From positions 3,038,001 to 3,102,000 of the forward strand of contig JBHGNT010000012.1 of NCBI GenBank assembly GCA_043228905.1: a DNA stretch of 64,000 bases. The letters are read 5' to 3'. Shown here in pieces: positions 1-12,450 of the stretch (positions are counted from its first letter, which is position 1; each line of letters starts with the position of its first letter). Origin of the DNA: Azolla caroliniana (lineage: Eukaryota > Plantae > Polypodiophyta). Below the pieces are notes generated by a model. It ran no database searches. It was not told where the DNA came from and saw only the letters and a program-made list of their open reading frames with translations. The position numbers and the translations under genes were made by a program.

Positions 1-881
1 ATTCTCAAAATTTACTGAAATTTGTAGTATTAAGGGTATCCCAATACATACCCAAGGGGTATTTCAGTGTTTTCCCATTGTTTCTAGGATTAGACTTATG
101 GGTTGGTTATCATTTGCAGGAAGATAAACCAACATGTATAACACCCAGAAAGAGAACCATGGAAGTACCTACTCAAGCATCCATTGATGCCCTTCGGGCT
201 CCAGAGTTCAGCAAAATGCTTCTAGAATTCCAAGAGGTTAACAACATATTGCAAAGTGAAAAGTCTGCTGCACAAAGATATGCTCCGAAGGAAACCAAGA
301 TCCCAATCTTTGCAGATTCATCATTATTAAGAGATGGGCGAGTGCTACTCACCACACCCCCAACTAATGCAATGTTGTGTTAGTGATGAATTAAGAGAAG
401 TCTATTATGTATATTAAATAAGTCAAAATCAATCTAGTATCATATCATCATCATATGCCATTCTTTAGACACTAAGTAAGCAAAGCTAAAGAGAAGGGTT
501 TCTTGTTGATCCCCGGCAGTGATCGGAATATACATACTCCTTCATGATTGAAGGTTCTATCATGTTGTAATATCCCAAATTTGTATTGTCACACCTCTTT
601 TAGCACACTTATTCAACTTGAATTCTTGCAACTAAATTTAATATGCTAATTATCGAAAAGGATGGAACGACAATTCCTTCTATGCCAAAACGGTATCTAA
701 GATTTGAAAGGGTGGTGCCTCTCTCTCTCTCTCTCTCTGTGCACTCTCAATTGCAACATTCAATGGTAAAGTTCTTGAACATCGAGAGTCACTACTCACT
801 TTCACACGTATCACGTGAAATGTAATATTTTTGGTCTCATAGGTCATATTTGACCTTTGAAGACGATAATATAATATATAT

Positions 882-961
882 ACATTAAAAAACTCAAGAA
901 TATGCCAAGTCATAGATTACCACATTTGCTTAGAATGTTGGATGTAAACTATAAAAGAATC
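882..961 (+). repeat. Left copy of ~80-bp direct repeat flanking the LINE (putative very long TSD)
   Basis: acattaaaaaactcaagaatatgccaagtc...ctataaaagaatc recurs at 37588-37668 with about 6 differences. Confidence 0.9.
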
Positions 962-2450
962 GATGGCGGAGCAGGAGCAGGAGCAGAGGTTGTGAAAAGG
1001 GTGTAGGAGCGAAGGACCAAGAGCGGAGCAAAGGCCACCGGGGAACGGAGCAAGAGCAGGAGCTGAAGCTCACCCACATGACAACGCAGAGTGGAGGGCA
1101 TATAGATCCCCTCTCTGTAGGCCCTACCCTCTCTGTCCACTACCTACAGGGTGGTGGTCTTCGTCATAGCCCCCCCTCGCCGCCGCCGTCATTGTGCACA
1201 ATCGTTAGGATTACACCCCAACAACAGAGCGGAGGACCTAACGCTAGTGGATAGGCTAAAGAAGCAACTAGGCCCTCCCTCTATACGCTTATTGGTGTCG
1301 GACATCGACAAACTTCCTTCCAAGGTCCTCATTCTTGGAAAAAACAGAATGCGGATTGAACAACGCATAGAAGTGATCGGTGCATCGGGGGGCAATGTTT
1401 TGCTTGCAAAAACTTTGGTCATTTAAAAAAGAACTACCCCACGAGAGGCACTACAGATCCTACCAAGGAGACCTGAGAAGGTCATGGCACCATAGGCCAT
1501 GAGAAGCCCCCCCACCACGACCCGATGAGGTTGTGATGGAATGGCAAGTGGTGGGGAAAACCCATGCCCTCCGCAAAACTCCACAGGCACAAAATTCTCC
1601 ATCGCCTTTGAGCCCCAATCAATTTGATCTATTGCAAGAGCTCCCCCCCCACGGATGAACACTCCCCTAGTTCTTTCTTAAGCCCTAAGGATTGGCCTAA
1701 GGTGACACCAAGCACACAGGAGAAAATTCTCATTAAAGCTTACAAAATAGGAAAGCGACGAAGGATAAGCCATGTTAAGACCTTAATGTGGAGCTTGCAC
1801 GGAACTACACCCAATAGAGAAGCAACAAATCAAGGCCGAAGTTTGAATATCACGCCTATAATCATAGTCTTCCTAGACACAAATGAGTGTGGTACCTCTA
1901 GTTAGGACCTTGAACGACACCCACAAAATGCCTTGAAATGGCTAGGTATTAGACATAAGATAATGGAAAAAATAAGGGTACATGTATCGGCAATACACAA
2001 TAATGGAGTACCAACGACCTCAATCTCCTTTCCACTCTTGCTACTGGTACAAGAAGAATGGTCCAAATCCAAGATTAACGATACGCAATGTAGCCAAGCA
2101 ACATGCTTTGTAACAAAAATAAGAGACGAAGACCTCATGAACGAACTAAAGAAGCATTGGAATAACATTGAATTCTGGTGCACCATGGATGAAGAGGACC
2201 CTCATCTCTGCCACATCCACCTGCGGACTATTATAGACACCCATCTAACTCCAAGATTTTTCTATTTCTATGAGACGCAGGAAGAGGCAATTGAAACTCA
2301 CTAGATAGCCCACAAACTCCACTCATGGATTTGGACCATCATCCCATTAGTGAAAATGACTGGATGTCTAAATGGTGAGTGCTCTCCACTCACGACCTGT
2401 TGTGCAAAGCATCAAGAACAACTAGCACTCTCTCACCCTATTCCATGAGT

Positions 2451-5156
2451 ATGAAAATTGTAACATGGAATGTTACATGCATGACCATTTAATATCCCGT
2501 GGTGAGAATTTACCGTAGTATTTTGCACGCGTATAGAATACTACGGTAAATTCTCACCAAGGGATATTAAATGGTCATGCCCGTAACATGGAACGTCCAA
2601 GACAAGCAAAATAGATGGAAACTGAGAAGGGATCTTCAGGAATATATATTAGGGGGTGCTACTGACATAGTCATGTTGCAGGAACACCACCTTGATAGTA
2701 CTCGTTCAAAGGAAGTTGGAGACCTTCTATCAGGATCATGGCGAACAATTTGGGAGCCAACAATAGGGGAGGATGGAAATCATGGTGGTATTTGCACATT
2801 GATTCGGGAACATCTAGCCCAAGGCTTAATACATCAAGAATCACTTATACTTGGTAGGGCACATTTTTGCATGCTGGCCATCCAAGGGCAACGTTGGAAT
2901 TTCATGAATGTTTATGCTCCAAATAGCAGCACAGAAAGGGCAACTTTCTGGGGGCGCATTCGCCTATAAGTAGCAGGTGCGGAGGACTAGTGCATTGGAG
3001 GGGACTTCAATATGATCGAATCCCTTCACGATAGCTCTAACAACAATCCCAAAGTTCTACAAGGAAGGGAACGAAAACAATGGGAGAAGTTATGTCTACA
3101 CCTTAACCTGAGAGATCTATGGCACTTAGACAACTTCCAACGAAAAAGGGACTCACTCTTATTCTCCCGATCAGATGGGCAAAATAGTGGACCCACCCTA
3201 TCTCGCATTGACTGCATTTATGTAGGTGCGGCCCTAGAAGCGAAGGGAGGGTGGTGTCGCATAACTCCAAGCACGACTTTCTCCGACCATTACCCGGTAA
3301 TTGGTCACCTTCAATTACACCGAAAGTGGTGCCCATTTCAACCTCGAATCCCACACACTACATACACAGTCATAGAGGGGAAGGAACAACTCGTCAACCA
3401 ATGGTCATTACCTGTCAATGCCTCATTAGCATCTGACAAACTTCTAGCTAAATTAACAAGAGCTTCAACTCTACTACACAAGATTGTCAAGACCAGAAGC
3501 AAGGATGCTCACGAAAAGCGACAGAGGACAAAACGGGAACTAATAGCCTTACAACGACTCCAACAAAGATACCCGGCATGTAGTTGGATCGCGGGACAGG
3601 TTGTCATAGCCAAACATGAACTCATCATGGCGGAAAAGACAATCTATGACATGGAGTTTCATGGAAGCATGGCACAATGGATTCTAGTAGGGGACAAAAC
3701 CACGAAGGAATTCTTCCGATCCAAGGGACCGAGGCACGCTAGAACAATGATGTGTATCCTCACCTGAGAGGATGGCGATGAAATGAGGAATATTGCCACA
3801 AGGTACTACAAGCGACTAATTACCGAAGATAATATGGTCACATGGGAAGATACACGAGAAGATATTATCCTCCAGAGCATAGTCGTGAAAGTCACGACAG
3901 AAATGAATACATGGCTCGTGTGTCCCTTATCAAACATCGAGATATGGGAGGCCCTCTCCAATTTGGATGCAGATAGTTGCCCCGCTATCGATGGCCTCAC
4001 TCCCCACTTTTTCACATGCCTCTGGGACACTATTAAAGAAGACCTCCTCTAGGCATATGAGGAAATCATCACCTCTGGAAACATGCCAGAGGAATTTGGA
4101 CAGGGGATGATACATCTCATTCCTAAAAGTGGTGGGAGTGCCAACGACATTAGTAAGTGCCGGCCCATAACTCTTCTCAATACTGTCTATAAGTTGCTTG
4201 CAAAAATTGTGGCACGCCGCTTGGCACCACTTCTCCCTCAACTCATTCATCCGTCCCAGACAGGTTTCGTTAGAAATCGGAGCATCCTAGACAACCTTTT
4301 CTCGTTTTGGGAAGTCGTAGTCCTTGTCAAGCGTACCAACAACAAGGTAGCTGTGGTGTTCCTAGATTTTGAGAAATCATATGATAGGGTATGCTAGAAC
4401 TTTCTAGAAAGTGTGATGGGGAAACTTGGTTTTCGAGAGTCATGGATCCAAGGCATTGCAGAACTTTATAGGAAAGCCAACAATTGTGTTTCATTATTAG
4501 GTGAAAGGGGCCCCTTCTTCCGAATATCGCCGTCTGTACGATAGGGATGCCCATAGGCTCCATCCTTATTTCTATTATATGCCGAAGCACTCTCTAGTTT
4601 TCTCAACTCACAACAATTAAACCTATGTGGTCTTAGGGTGCCGCATTCTCACCAAAACCTCTTGGATATAGAATTTGTAGATGACACCGCAATCTACCTA
4701 CAAGGGGAGTTGGAAAATCTACAAAAGCTAGAGAGTGGTTTAGACGTATTTTGCAAGAGATCCAATGCCATGATCAATTGGCACAAATCCTGTGCAATAT
4801 GGCTTTCTCATGAAGCACATCCTCCGTGGCACCCCCATTCCGCTTTCAAGTGGATCAATCAAGGCGCGAGCACCAAATATTTGGGTTTCCAAATTGGGTT
4901 CAACATACCTTCGGAGACTTTGATTGCACCAGTTATTCACTCCATTCGACAAAAGTTGATACATTGGAGTTCAAAAAAACTCTCGCTAGCGGGGCACATC
5001 ATAGTGGCAAATCAGGTATATTACTTGCAACAACATGGTACAACCTATCATGTTGGATGATCTCCAAGGAAAGTATACACCAGATTCAACGATTAGTATG
5101 CAACTACATTTGGTATGGTAAGGAAGATCATGCAACTCGAGCCAAGGTGGTGTGGC
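2451..5156 (+). pseudogene. LINE ORF2 (endonuclease + reverse transcriptase), with stops and frameshifts
   Basis: MKIVTWNV (after removing 2471-2588), LQEHH, NVYAPN, GGDFN, SRID, SDHYPV, CRPITLLNTVYKLLAK, QTGFV, LDFEKSYDRV, FVDDT, KYLG. Confidence 0.92.
2471..2588. mobile_element. 118-bp spacer-less palindromic insertion (MITE-like), TGTTAC...GTAACA ends, 5-bp TSD TGGAA
   Basis: 59-bp arms with 6 mismatches; TGGAA at 2466-2470 and 2589-2593; removal restores ATG AAA ATT GTA ACA TGG AAC GTC. Confidence 0.9.
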
Positions 5157-5227
5157 TGTTGGGATTTCGGTCCCTCCGGATGGGATGTCCGGAGATGAAT
5201 GACGGCAAGCTCGGTTGCGGTTACGGA

Positions 5228-5408
5228 ACCGGATGATGAAGACCCCGGCTATGGAGCCGGATGATGAAGACCCCGGTTACGGAGCCGGATGACGAAGACC
5301 CCGGCTACGGAGCCGGATGACGAAGACCCGGCTACGGAGCCGGATGACGAAGACCCGGCTACGGAGCCGGATGACGAAGACCCGGCTACGGAGCCGGATG
5401 ACGAATGT
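5228..5408 (+). repeat. 27-28-bp tandem repeat in U3 of Copia A 5' LTR (7 CCGGATGA cores; 5 in the 3' LTR)
   Basis: ggagccggatgacgaagacccggctac units; the 54-bp LTR length difference equals two units. Confidence 0.93.
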
Positions 5409-5913
5409 ACCCGGAGAGAGAGATCCGGATGCGGGGACATATTTGTGAATATGTTTTCCAAGGGCCCATTAAGGCTATATTTGTAAATAGCCCGAAAGTC
5501 ATATGTGTATAAATATGACTTAGGGCAAACTGTTGCTGTTGTTGCTCATTTTTCTGTGTATCGCCACTCTTATGTGTGCAAGAGAGTGAAGAGAGCAGCC
5601 GAGAGAGAGAGAGAGAGACGAAGAGGTCGTTGCCTCTGTGTATTACCGCCGCCTGTGGCGAGGACAGTGAGCTCAAGGTTGTTGCCTTGTAGCTCCACCA
5701 TTGTACATCTCTGATTATAGTGATAGTTGGAGTTTGAGGACTCCCGTGGTTTTTTCCCATTAGGGTTTTCCACGTAAAACATCTTGTGCACTCTTCTCTC
5801 TATTGTCTTCGTGCATTTCGTATTTCCTGTTTTCTGTGAGTTGATCCTACTCCTCGGTTGTGTCCGAGCACTGTGTTCAACAAAGTGGTATCAGAGCAAC
5901 GGTAACACAGAAA

Positions 5914-8900
5914 ATGGAAGGCGGCGGTAGTGGGCCTCCGGGCATGATGGTGTTGAACTCACAGAACTACGCCGACTGGAAGATAAAGATGGAAGACCTT
6001 CTCATCGTCCGAGACCTGTACGAACCGATCGACAATGCCGAGATACCCAAGGGGGTAATAGAGTCGGAGTGGAAGCTCCTGAACTGGAAAGCCGTAGCGA
6101 CGATCCGGCAATATGTCGATGTAAGCGTCCTACAACATGTGGCGAACGACACCAACGCATATGAGATGTGGAAGAAGCTGTCGGGCCTCTACGAGAGGAA
6201 GAATGCGTTGAACCGGACCTCCCTGATGAGGAAGATAGTGAACCTCAAGTACCGGGACGGCGAGAATATGGTGGAACACGTAAGCACGTTCATGGGATTC
6301 GTGAACCAGCTTGCGGCGATCAAGTTCCCGTTGGAGGATGCAATGCAAGCCATCATCTTGATGTGTACATTGCCGGAAAGTTGGGAGAACTTGGTGGTGA
6401 CTCTCAGCACCTCCTGCACCGAAGATAACTTGTCTCTACAAACGGTAAAGACAAGTATTTTGAACGAAGAAGCGCGTCGGAGAGATAAAGAACCGGCCTC
6501 CGACTCGAAGGCGCTGCTTACCGAATCGGAACGGGGAAGACAACGGAACCGGAGTCCGCAAAGACGGGAGAAGTCGGGGACCCGGTCGCAGTCAAGAGGA
6601 AGACCCACATGCTTCCACTGTGGGAAGCCGGGGCACTTCCGGAAGAATTGTCGGCATTACCGAAAAGACAACGGAGCCGACGACACCGATTCGAAGAAGT
6701 CACCGGAGCGAAACGGTGCATACCGGGGAGCCACGGACCGGAGAGGTCCGGATCGGCGAGGGCAGGACCGGAAAGGAACGACGGCACTCGCGGCAAGTGA
6801 AGAAGAGATAATGCTCATTACCGAAGAGAGGGAGTTGAACCTTGCCGGTGAAGAGATGACCTGGGTGGTCGATTCCGGAGCGTCGTTCCACCTGACCCCG
6901 GAGAAGAAATACTTCTCATCCTACACAGCCGGTGAGCACGGCTGTGTCCGGATGGGAAATGAAGGTACATGCCGGATTGCCGGCATAGGAGACGTGTGGC
7001 TGATGACATCAACCGGATGCAAGATGCTGCTGAAGGATGTTCGACATGTTCCGGAGGTTCGATTGAACCTGATTTCGGCCGGGAGGCTAGACGATGAAGG
7101 CTACACGGGTAGCATCCGGAACGGTGTTATGAAGTTCAGCAAAGGGAGCCTGATAGTGGCTCGGGCCCGGAAGATCAACACGCTGTACCTGATGAATTCC
7201 CGGCTATGTCCGGAGGAGCTGAACGTGGCAGCTGACACTGCCGGTGAGCTATGGCACAAGAGACTGTGCCACATGAGCGAGAAGGGGATGAAGAGGCTTG
7301 CCGAAGACAACCTGATACCGGTAAGCATGTACACTTGGGGAAGTGTACCGACTGTCTGGCCGGTAAGCAAAACCGGACCTCCTTCCACTCAAGGCCACCG
7401 ACGAGACGTAGCGCACCATTGGAGTTGGTGCACACTGACGTGTGTCAGGTAGAAACGAAGTCACATGGCGGAGCCCAGTACTTCGTAACATTCATAGATG
7501 ACCATAGCCGGAAGCTGTGGACGGCACTATTGAAGACAAAGGACCAAGTATTGTCCGTCTTCAAAGAACTCCACGCGAGAGTGGAAAGGGAATCCGGCAA
7601 GAAGCTGAAAGCGATACGAGCGGATAACGGAGGAGAATACCGAGGGCAATTTGAGGAGTATTGCCGTTCGATGGGAATCCGGCTCGAGTTTACTGTGCCG
7701 AAGACGCCGGAACTGAACGGGCTGGCCGAGAGGATGAACCGGACCATAATGGAGAGGGTCCGGAGTATGCTGGCGCATGCGAAATTACCCAAGGGGTTTT
7801 GGGCTGAGGCAATGTCGACGGCGACATACGTGATAAACAGATCACCCTCAGTACCTTTGGACGGAGACACGCCGCAGAGAGTGTGGACCGGTAAGGAAGT
7901 GTCCTACCGGCATCTGAAGGTGTTCGGGTGTCTAGTATATGTACATGTGGCAAAGGACCGGAGAGGAAAGCTAGATCCAAAGACCCGGCCATGCATATTC
8001 CTCGGTTACGGCAACGACGAGTTCGGCTACCGAGTATGGGACCCGGTCGACAAGAAGATATTCAGGAGTCGAGATATCATCTTCATGGAGGACAAGACAC
8101 TCGCCGACTGGGAGTCGGAGAAGAAGATGAAGAGCTCCAAGTCGACCGGTGAGAATCAACTCTACGAGGAGCAGTCCCGACCGGCAAGGGACTGGTTAAC
8201 ACTCGAAGATCCGGCCGAAGACGGTGAAGAAACAGAACCGGCCGAGGAAGATGAAAATGATACCGGAATCGGCCCCGATCCCGAAATGGATTCGGATAAA
8301 GAAGAATCGGAAGAACCGGTTACCGAAGTTCCGGAACGGAGATATCCTCTAAGAGAGAGAAGGGCCCCCCGGAGATTTCCGGAACCAGAGCACGTGCTGC
8401 TAAACGACGAGGGGGAGCCAGAGAGCTTTGAAGAAGCAAAGCATGACACCCAGAGCCGCAAGTGGTTGAGTGCCATGCAGGACGAGATGGATTCCCTGCA
8501 TGAGAACCACACATATGAACTTGTGGAGTTGCCGAAAGGAAAGCGGGCACTTCGAAACAAGTGGGTGTTCAAGCTGAAACCGGGAGATGCCGGAAACCCC
8601 CCGAGATACAAAGCCAGGATCGTGGTGAAGGGGTTTCAGCAGAAGAAGGGCGTCGACTTCGACGAGATATTTGCCCCGGTAGTGAAGATGACCTCCATCC
8701 GGACGGTGCTGAGCATAGCGGCAAGCATGGACCTCGAGGTAGAACAGATGGACGTGAAGACGGCATTCCTTCACGGTGACCTCGAAGAAGAGATCTACAT
8801 GCAGCAACCGGAAGGATTCGAGAAGAAAGGGAAGGAGCACCTGGTATGCCGGTTGAAGAAGAGCCTTTACGGTCTGAAGCAGGCTCCCCGACAATGGTAC

Positions 8901-9986
8901 CGGAAGTTCGACTCCTTCATGACAGACGAAGGGTACCACAAAACGCAGTCCGATCACTGCGTGTTTGTGAAGAAGTTCGAAGGAGGAGACTTTCTAATAC
9001 TCCTCCTGTACGTGGACGACATGTTGATCGTCGGACGGGACCAGGTCAAGATACGGATGCTGAAGAAGGCTCTTCACCGAACCTTCTCAATGAAGGACTT
9101 GGGTCCGGCGAGGCAAATACTAGGGATGCACATCATCCGGGACCGGAAGAAGAAGCAGTTGTGGCTGTCACAGGAGAAGTACGTGACAAAGGTGCTTCAA
9201 CGGTTCAACATGTCGGAAGCAAGACCGGTCGGATCGACCCTCCCGGCAAACTGCAAGTTATCCGGGAAGCAAAGTCCCAAGACAAAGGCTGAGAAGGAGG
9301 ATATGATGAAGATACCATATGCCTCTGCCGTCGGGAGCTTGATGTACGCAATGGTGTGTACTCGACCAGACATTGGATACGCAGTCGGAGTGGTGAGCCG
9401 GTATATGAGTAATCCCGGCAAAGAGCATTGGAACGCGGTCAAGTGGATACTCCGATACCTGAAGGGCACGACAAACGTGTGCCTCCGATTCGGCTCCAGT
9501 AAGCCCGAACTCGACGGCTTCACCGATTCGGATATGTCGGCTGATGCAGATACCAGCCGGTCCACATCAGGGTATGTGATGACGTATGCAGGGGGAGCTG
9601 TTTCGTGGCAGTCGAGGCTGCAGAAGACGGTTGCGTTGTCAACCACGGAGGCGGAGTACATGGCGGCTGTTGAAGCCGGCAAGGAAATAATATGGATGAA
9701 GGACTTCATTAGAGAGCTCGGTATCCGGCAGGAGGAGTACCGACTCTACTGCGATAGTCAGAGTGCCATCCACCTTGCGAAGAACGCGGCCTACCATTCC
9801 CGGACGAAACACATCCAGCGTAGATACCACTGGATCCGGGAAAGGATAGAAGACAAGGAGTTCGTGCTGACGAAGATCCACACGGACGAGAACGGGTCGG
9901 ATATGCTGACCAAGGTGCTCACACCCGACAAGCTGGAAGCATGCCGGAAGAGGATCGGATTGGAGAGACATCCCATGCCGAAGTGA
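5914..9986 (+). pseudogene. Copia A gag-pol (gag, CCHC, PR, IN, RT, RNase H) with a 1-nt frameshift near 7323
   Basis: CFHCGKPGHFRKNC, DSGAS, HTDVC/DNGGEY/ERMNRT, YVDD, KHIQRRYH; gtaagcatgt versus gtaaagcacgt in paralog F. Confidence 0.95.
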
Positions 9987-10635
9987 AGGGGGAGTTTGTT
10001 GGGATTTCGGTCCCTCCGGATGGGATGTCCGGAGATGAATGACGGCAAGCCCGGTTGCGGTTACGGAACCGGATGATGAAGACCCCGGCTATGGAGCCGG
10101 ATGATGAAGACCCCGGTTACGGAGCCGGATGACGAAGACCCCGGCTACGGAGCCGGATGACGAAGACCCGGCTACGGAGCCGGATGACGAATGTACCCGA
10201 AGAGAGAGATCCGGATGCGGGGACATATTTGTGAATATGTTTTCCAAGGGCCCATTAAGGCTATATTTGTAAATAGCCCGAAAGTCATATGTGTATAAAT
10301 ATGACTTAGGGCAAACTTGTTGGGTTTACGGTCCCTTTCGGATGGGATGGTCGGATGCCGAAGATGAATGCCGACAAGCCCGGTTTCGGTTTCGGAACCG
10401 GATGATGAAGACCCCGGTTTCGGAACCGGATGACGAATGTACCCGGAGAGAGATCCGAATGCGGGGACATATCTGCGAATATGTTTGCCAAGGGCCCTTG
10501 AGGCTATAGTTGTAAATAGCCCTAAAGTCATATGTGTATAAATATGACTTAGGGCAAACAGTTTTGTTGTTGTTGATCATTTTTCTGTTTTTCCACTCAA
10601 GAGGAGTGAAGAGTGAGCAGCCGTGAGAGAGAGAG

Positions 10636-10827
10636 AAAGAAAGAAAGAAAGATATATTAACGTCTTCTAAGGCCAAAATTGGCCCATGAGACAAATGGTG
10701 TACAACAAAAATGGGATATTTACCCATTCATCGAAAGTAAAAATAAAAATAAGATAAAATAGAGTTTAAGCTAAATAGTTCTAAGAAAACAACAAACATG
10801 TTCTATATAAAAAACATGTTCTACAAT
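10636..10827 (-). mobile_element. ~190-bp AT-rich insertion in the (GA)n tract of B 5' LTR; probable 5'-truncated non-LTR 3' end with (TTTC)n tail
   Basis: Absent from B 3' LTR (21073-21090); (GAAA)n at one edge; motif shared with 49201-49247. Confidence 0.6.
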
Positions 10828-11153
10828 GAGAGAGATAGAGCGTGAGAGAGGAAGAGGACGACGCCTCTTTGTATTTCCGCCGCCTGTGGCGAGGACAGCG
10901 AGCTCAAGGTCGTCGCCTTGTAGCTCGCCATTGTATACTTCTCTGTGTATAGTGGTGGTTTGGAGTCTTGTACTCCCGTGGTTTTTCCCGTTTAGGGTTT
11001 TCCACGTTAATCCCTGCGTATTCGTGTTTCTCTCTGTGGTTTCCTATTTTCTGCTGCATTGATTCGCGCTTACTCGGTTGTGGCCGAAGAGAAGAAGGAG
11101 AATCGAAGCGTCGATTCCCAACAAACTGGTATCAGAGCGGGTTGCTGCAGAAA

Positions 11154-12325
11154 ATGGAAGGCGGCGGCAGCGGGCAGCCGGGGATGATGGTGTTGACTGC
11201 GCAGAATTACGCCGACTGGAAGATCAAGATGGAGGATCTTATGATTGTTCGGGACCTGTACGAACCGATTGACAGGTCGGAAATACCGAAAGGGGTACTT
11301 GAGTCGGAATGGAGGCTTCTGAACCGGAAAGCCGTTGCAACCATTCGGCAATACGTAGACGTGAGCGTTCTACAACATGTGGCGAACGACACCAATGCAT
11401 ATGAGATGTGGCGGAAGTTGTCGGGCCTCTATGAGAGGAAGAATGCATTGAACCGGACCTCCCTGATGAGGAAAATAGTGAATCTCAAGTACCGGGACGG
11501 CGAGAGTATGGTGGAACACGTAAGCACGTTCATGGGATTCGTGAATCAGCTTGCGGCGATCAAGTTCCCGTTGGAGGATGCAATGCAAGCCATCATCCTG
11601 ATGTGTACATTGCCGGAAAGCTGGGAGAACTTGGTGGTGACTCTCAGCACCTCCTGCACCGAAGATAACTTGTCCTTACAAACGGTAAAGACAAGTATTT
11701 TGAACGAAGAAGCGCGTCGGAGAGATAAAGAACCGGCCTCCGACTCAAAGGCGCTGCTTACCGAATCGGATCGGGGAAGACAATGGAACCGGAGTCCGCA
11801 AAGACGAGAGAAGTCAGGGACCCGGTCGCAGTCAAGAGGAAGGCCCACATGCTTCCACTGTGGGAAGCCGGGGCACTTCCGGAAGAATTGTCGGCATTAC
11901 CGAAAAGACAACGGAGCCGACGACACCGATTCGAAGAAGTCACCGGAGAGAAACGGTGCATACCGGGGAGCCACGGACCGGAGAGGTTCGGATCGGCGAG
12001 GGCAGGACCGGAAAGGAACGAAGGCACTCGCGGCAAGTGAGGAAGAAATCATGCTCATCACCGAAGAAGGTGAACTAAACATTGCCGGCGATGAGACGAC
12101 CTGGGTGGTCGATTCCGGAGCATCGTTCCACCTGACCCCGGAGAGAAGATACTTCTCATCCTACACAGCCGGTGAGCATGGCTGTGTTCGGATGGGAAAT
12201 GAAGGTACGTGCCGGATCGCCGGCATCGGAGACGTGTGGTTGACAACCCCGACCGGATGCAAAATGCTGCTGAAGGATGTCCGACACGTTCCGGAGGTTC
12301 GATTGAACCTGATCTCGGCCGGGAG
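11154..12325 (+). pseudogene. Copia B gag-protease, interrupted by element C
   Basis: Homologous to A/F gag; breaks at ...LISAG. Confidence 0.95.
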
Positions 12326-12409
12326 TGTTGGAGACAAAGTCGTCTATGCGGAAGATCAAGAAGCATTCGATTCTGTTCTGTACCTGCGTATGACAGTTTC
12401 TAGTTCGTT

Positions 12410-12450
<41 letters not shown>

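Noticed and set aside
962-2450. Candidate LINE ORF1
   Set aside because: Position fits, but the frames are broken and no RRM or zinc-knuckle motif was recognisable, so it is not annotated separately.
5228-5408. Regular short repeats resembling a CRISPR array (also 26677-26990)
   Set aside because: Head-to-tail tandem units with no unique spacers, inside LTRs, and no cas genes.
7300-7452. Possible programmed gag-pol frameshift in A
   Set aside because: Paralogs B and F are open across this site; it is a 1-nt deletion.
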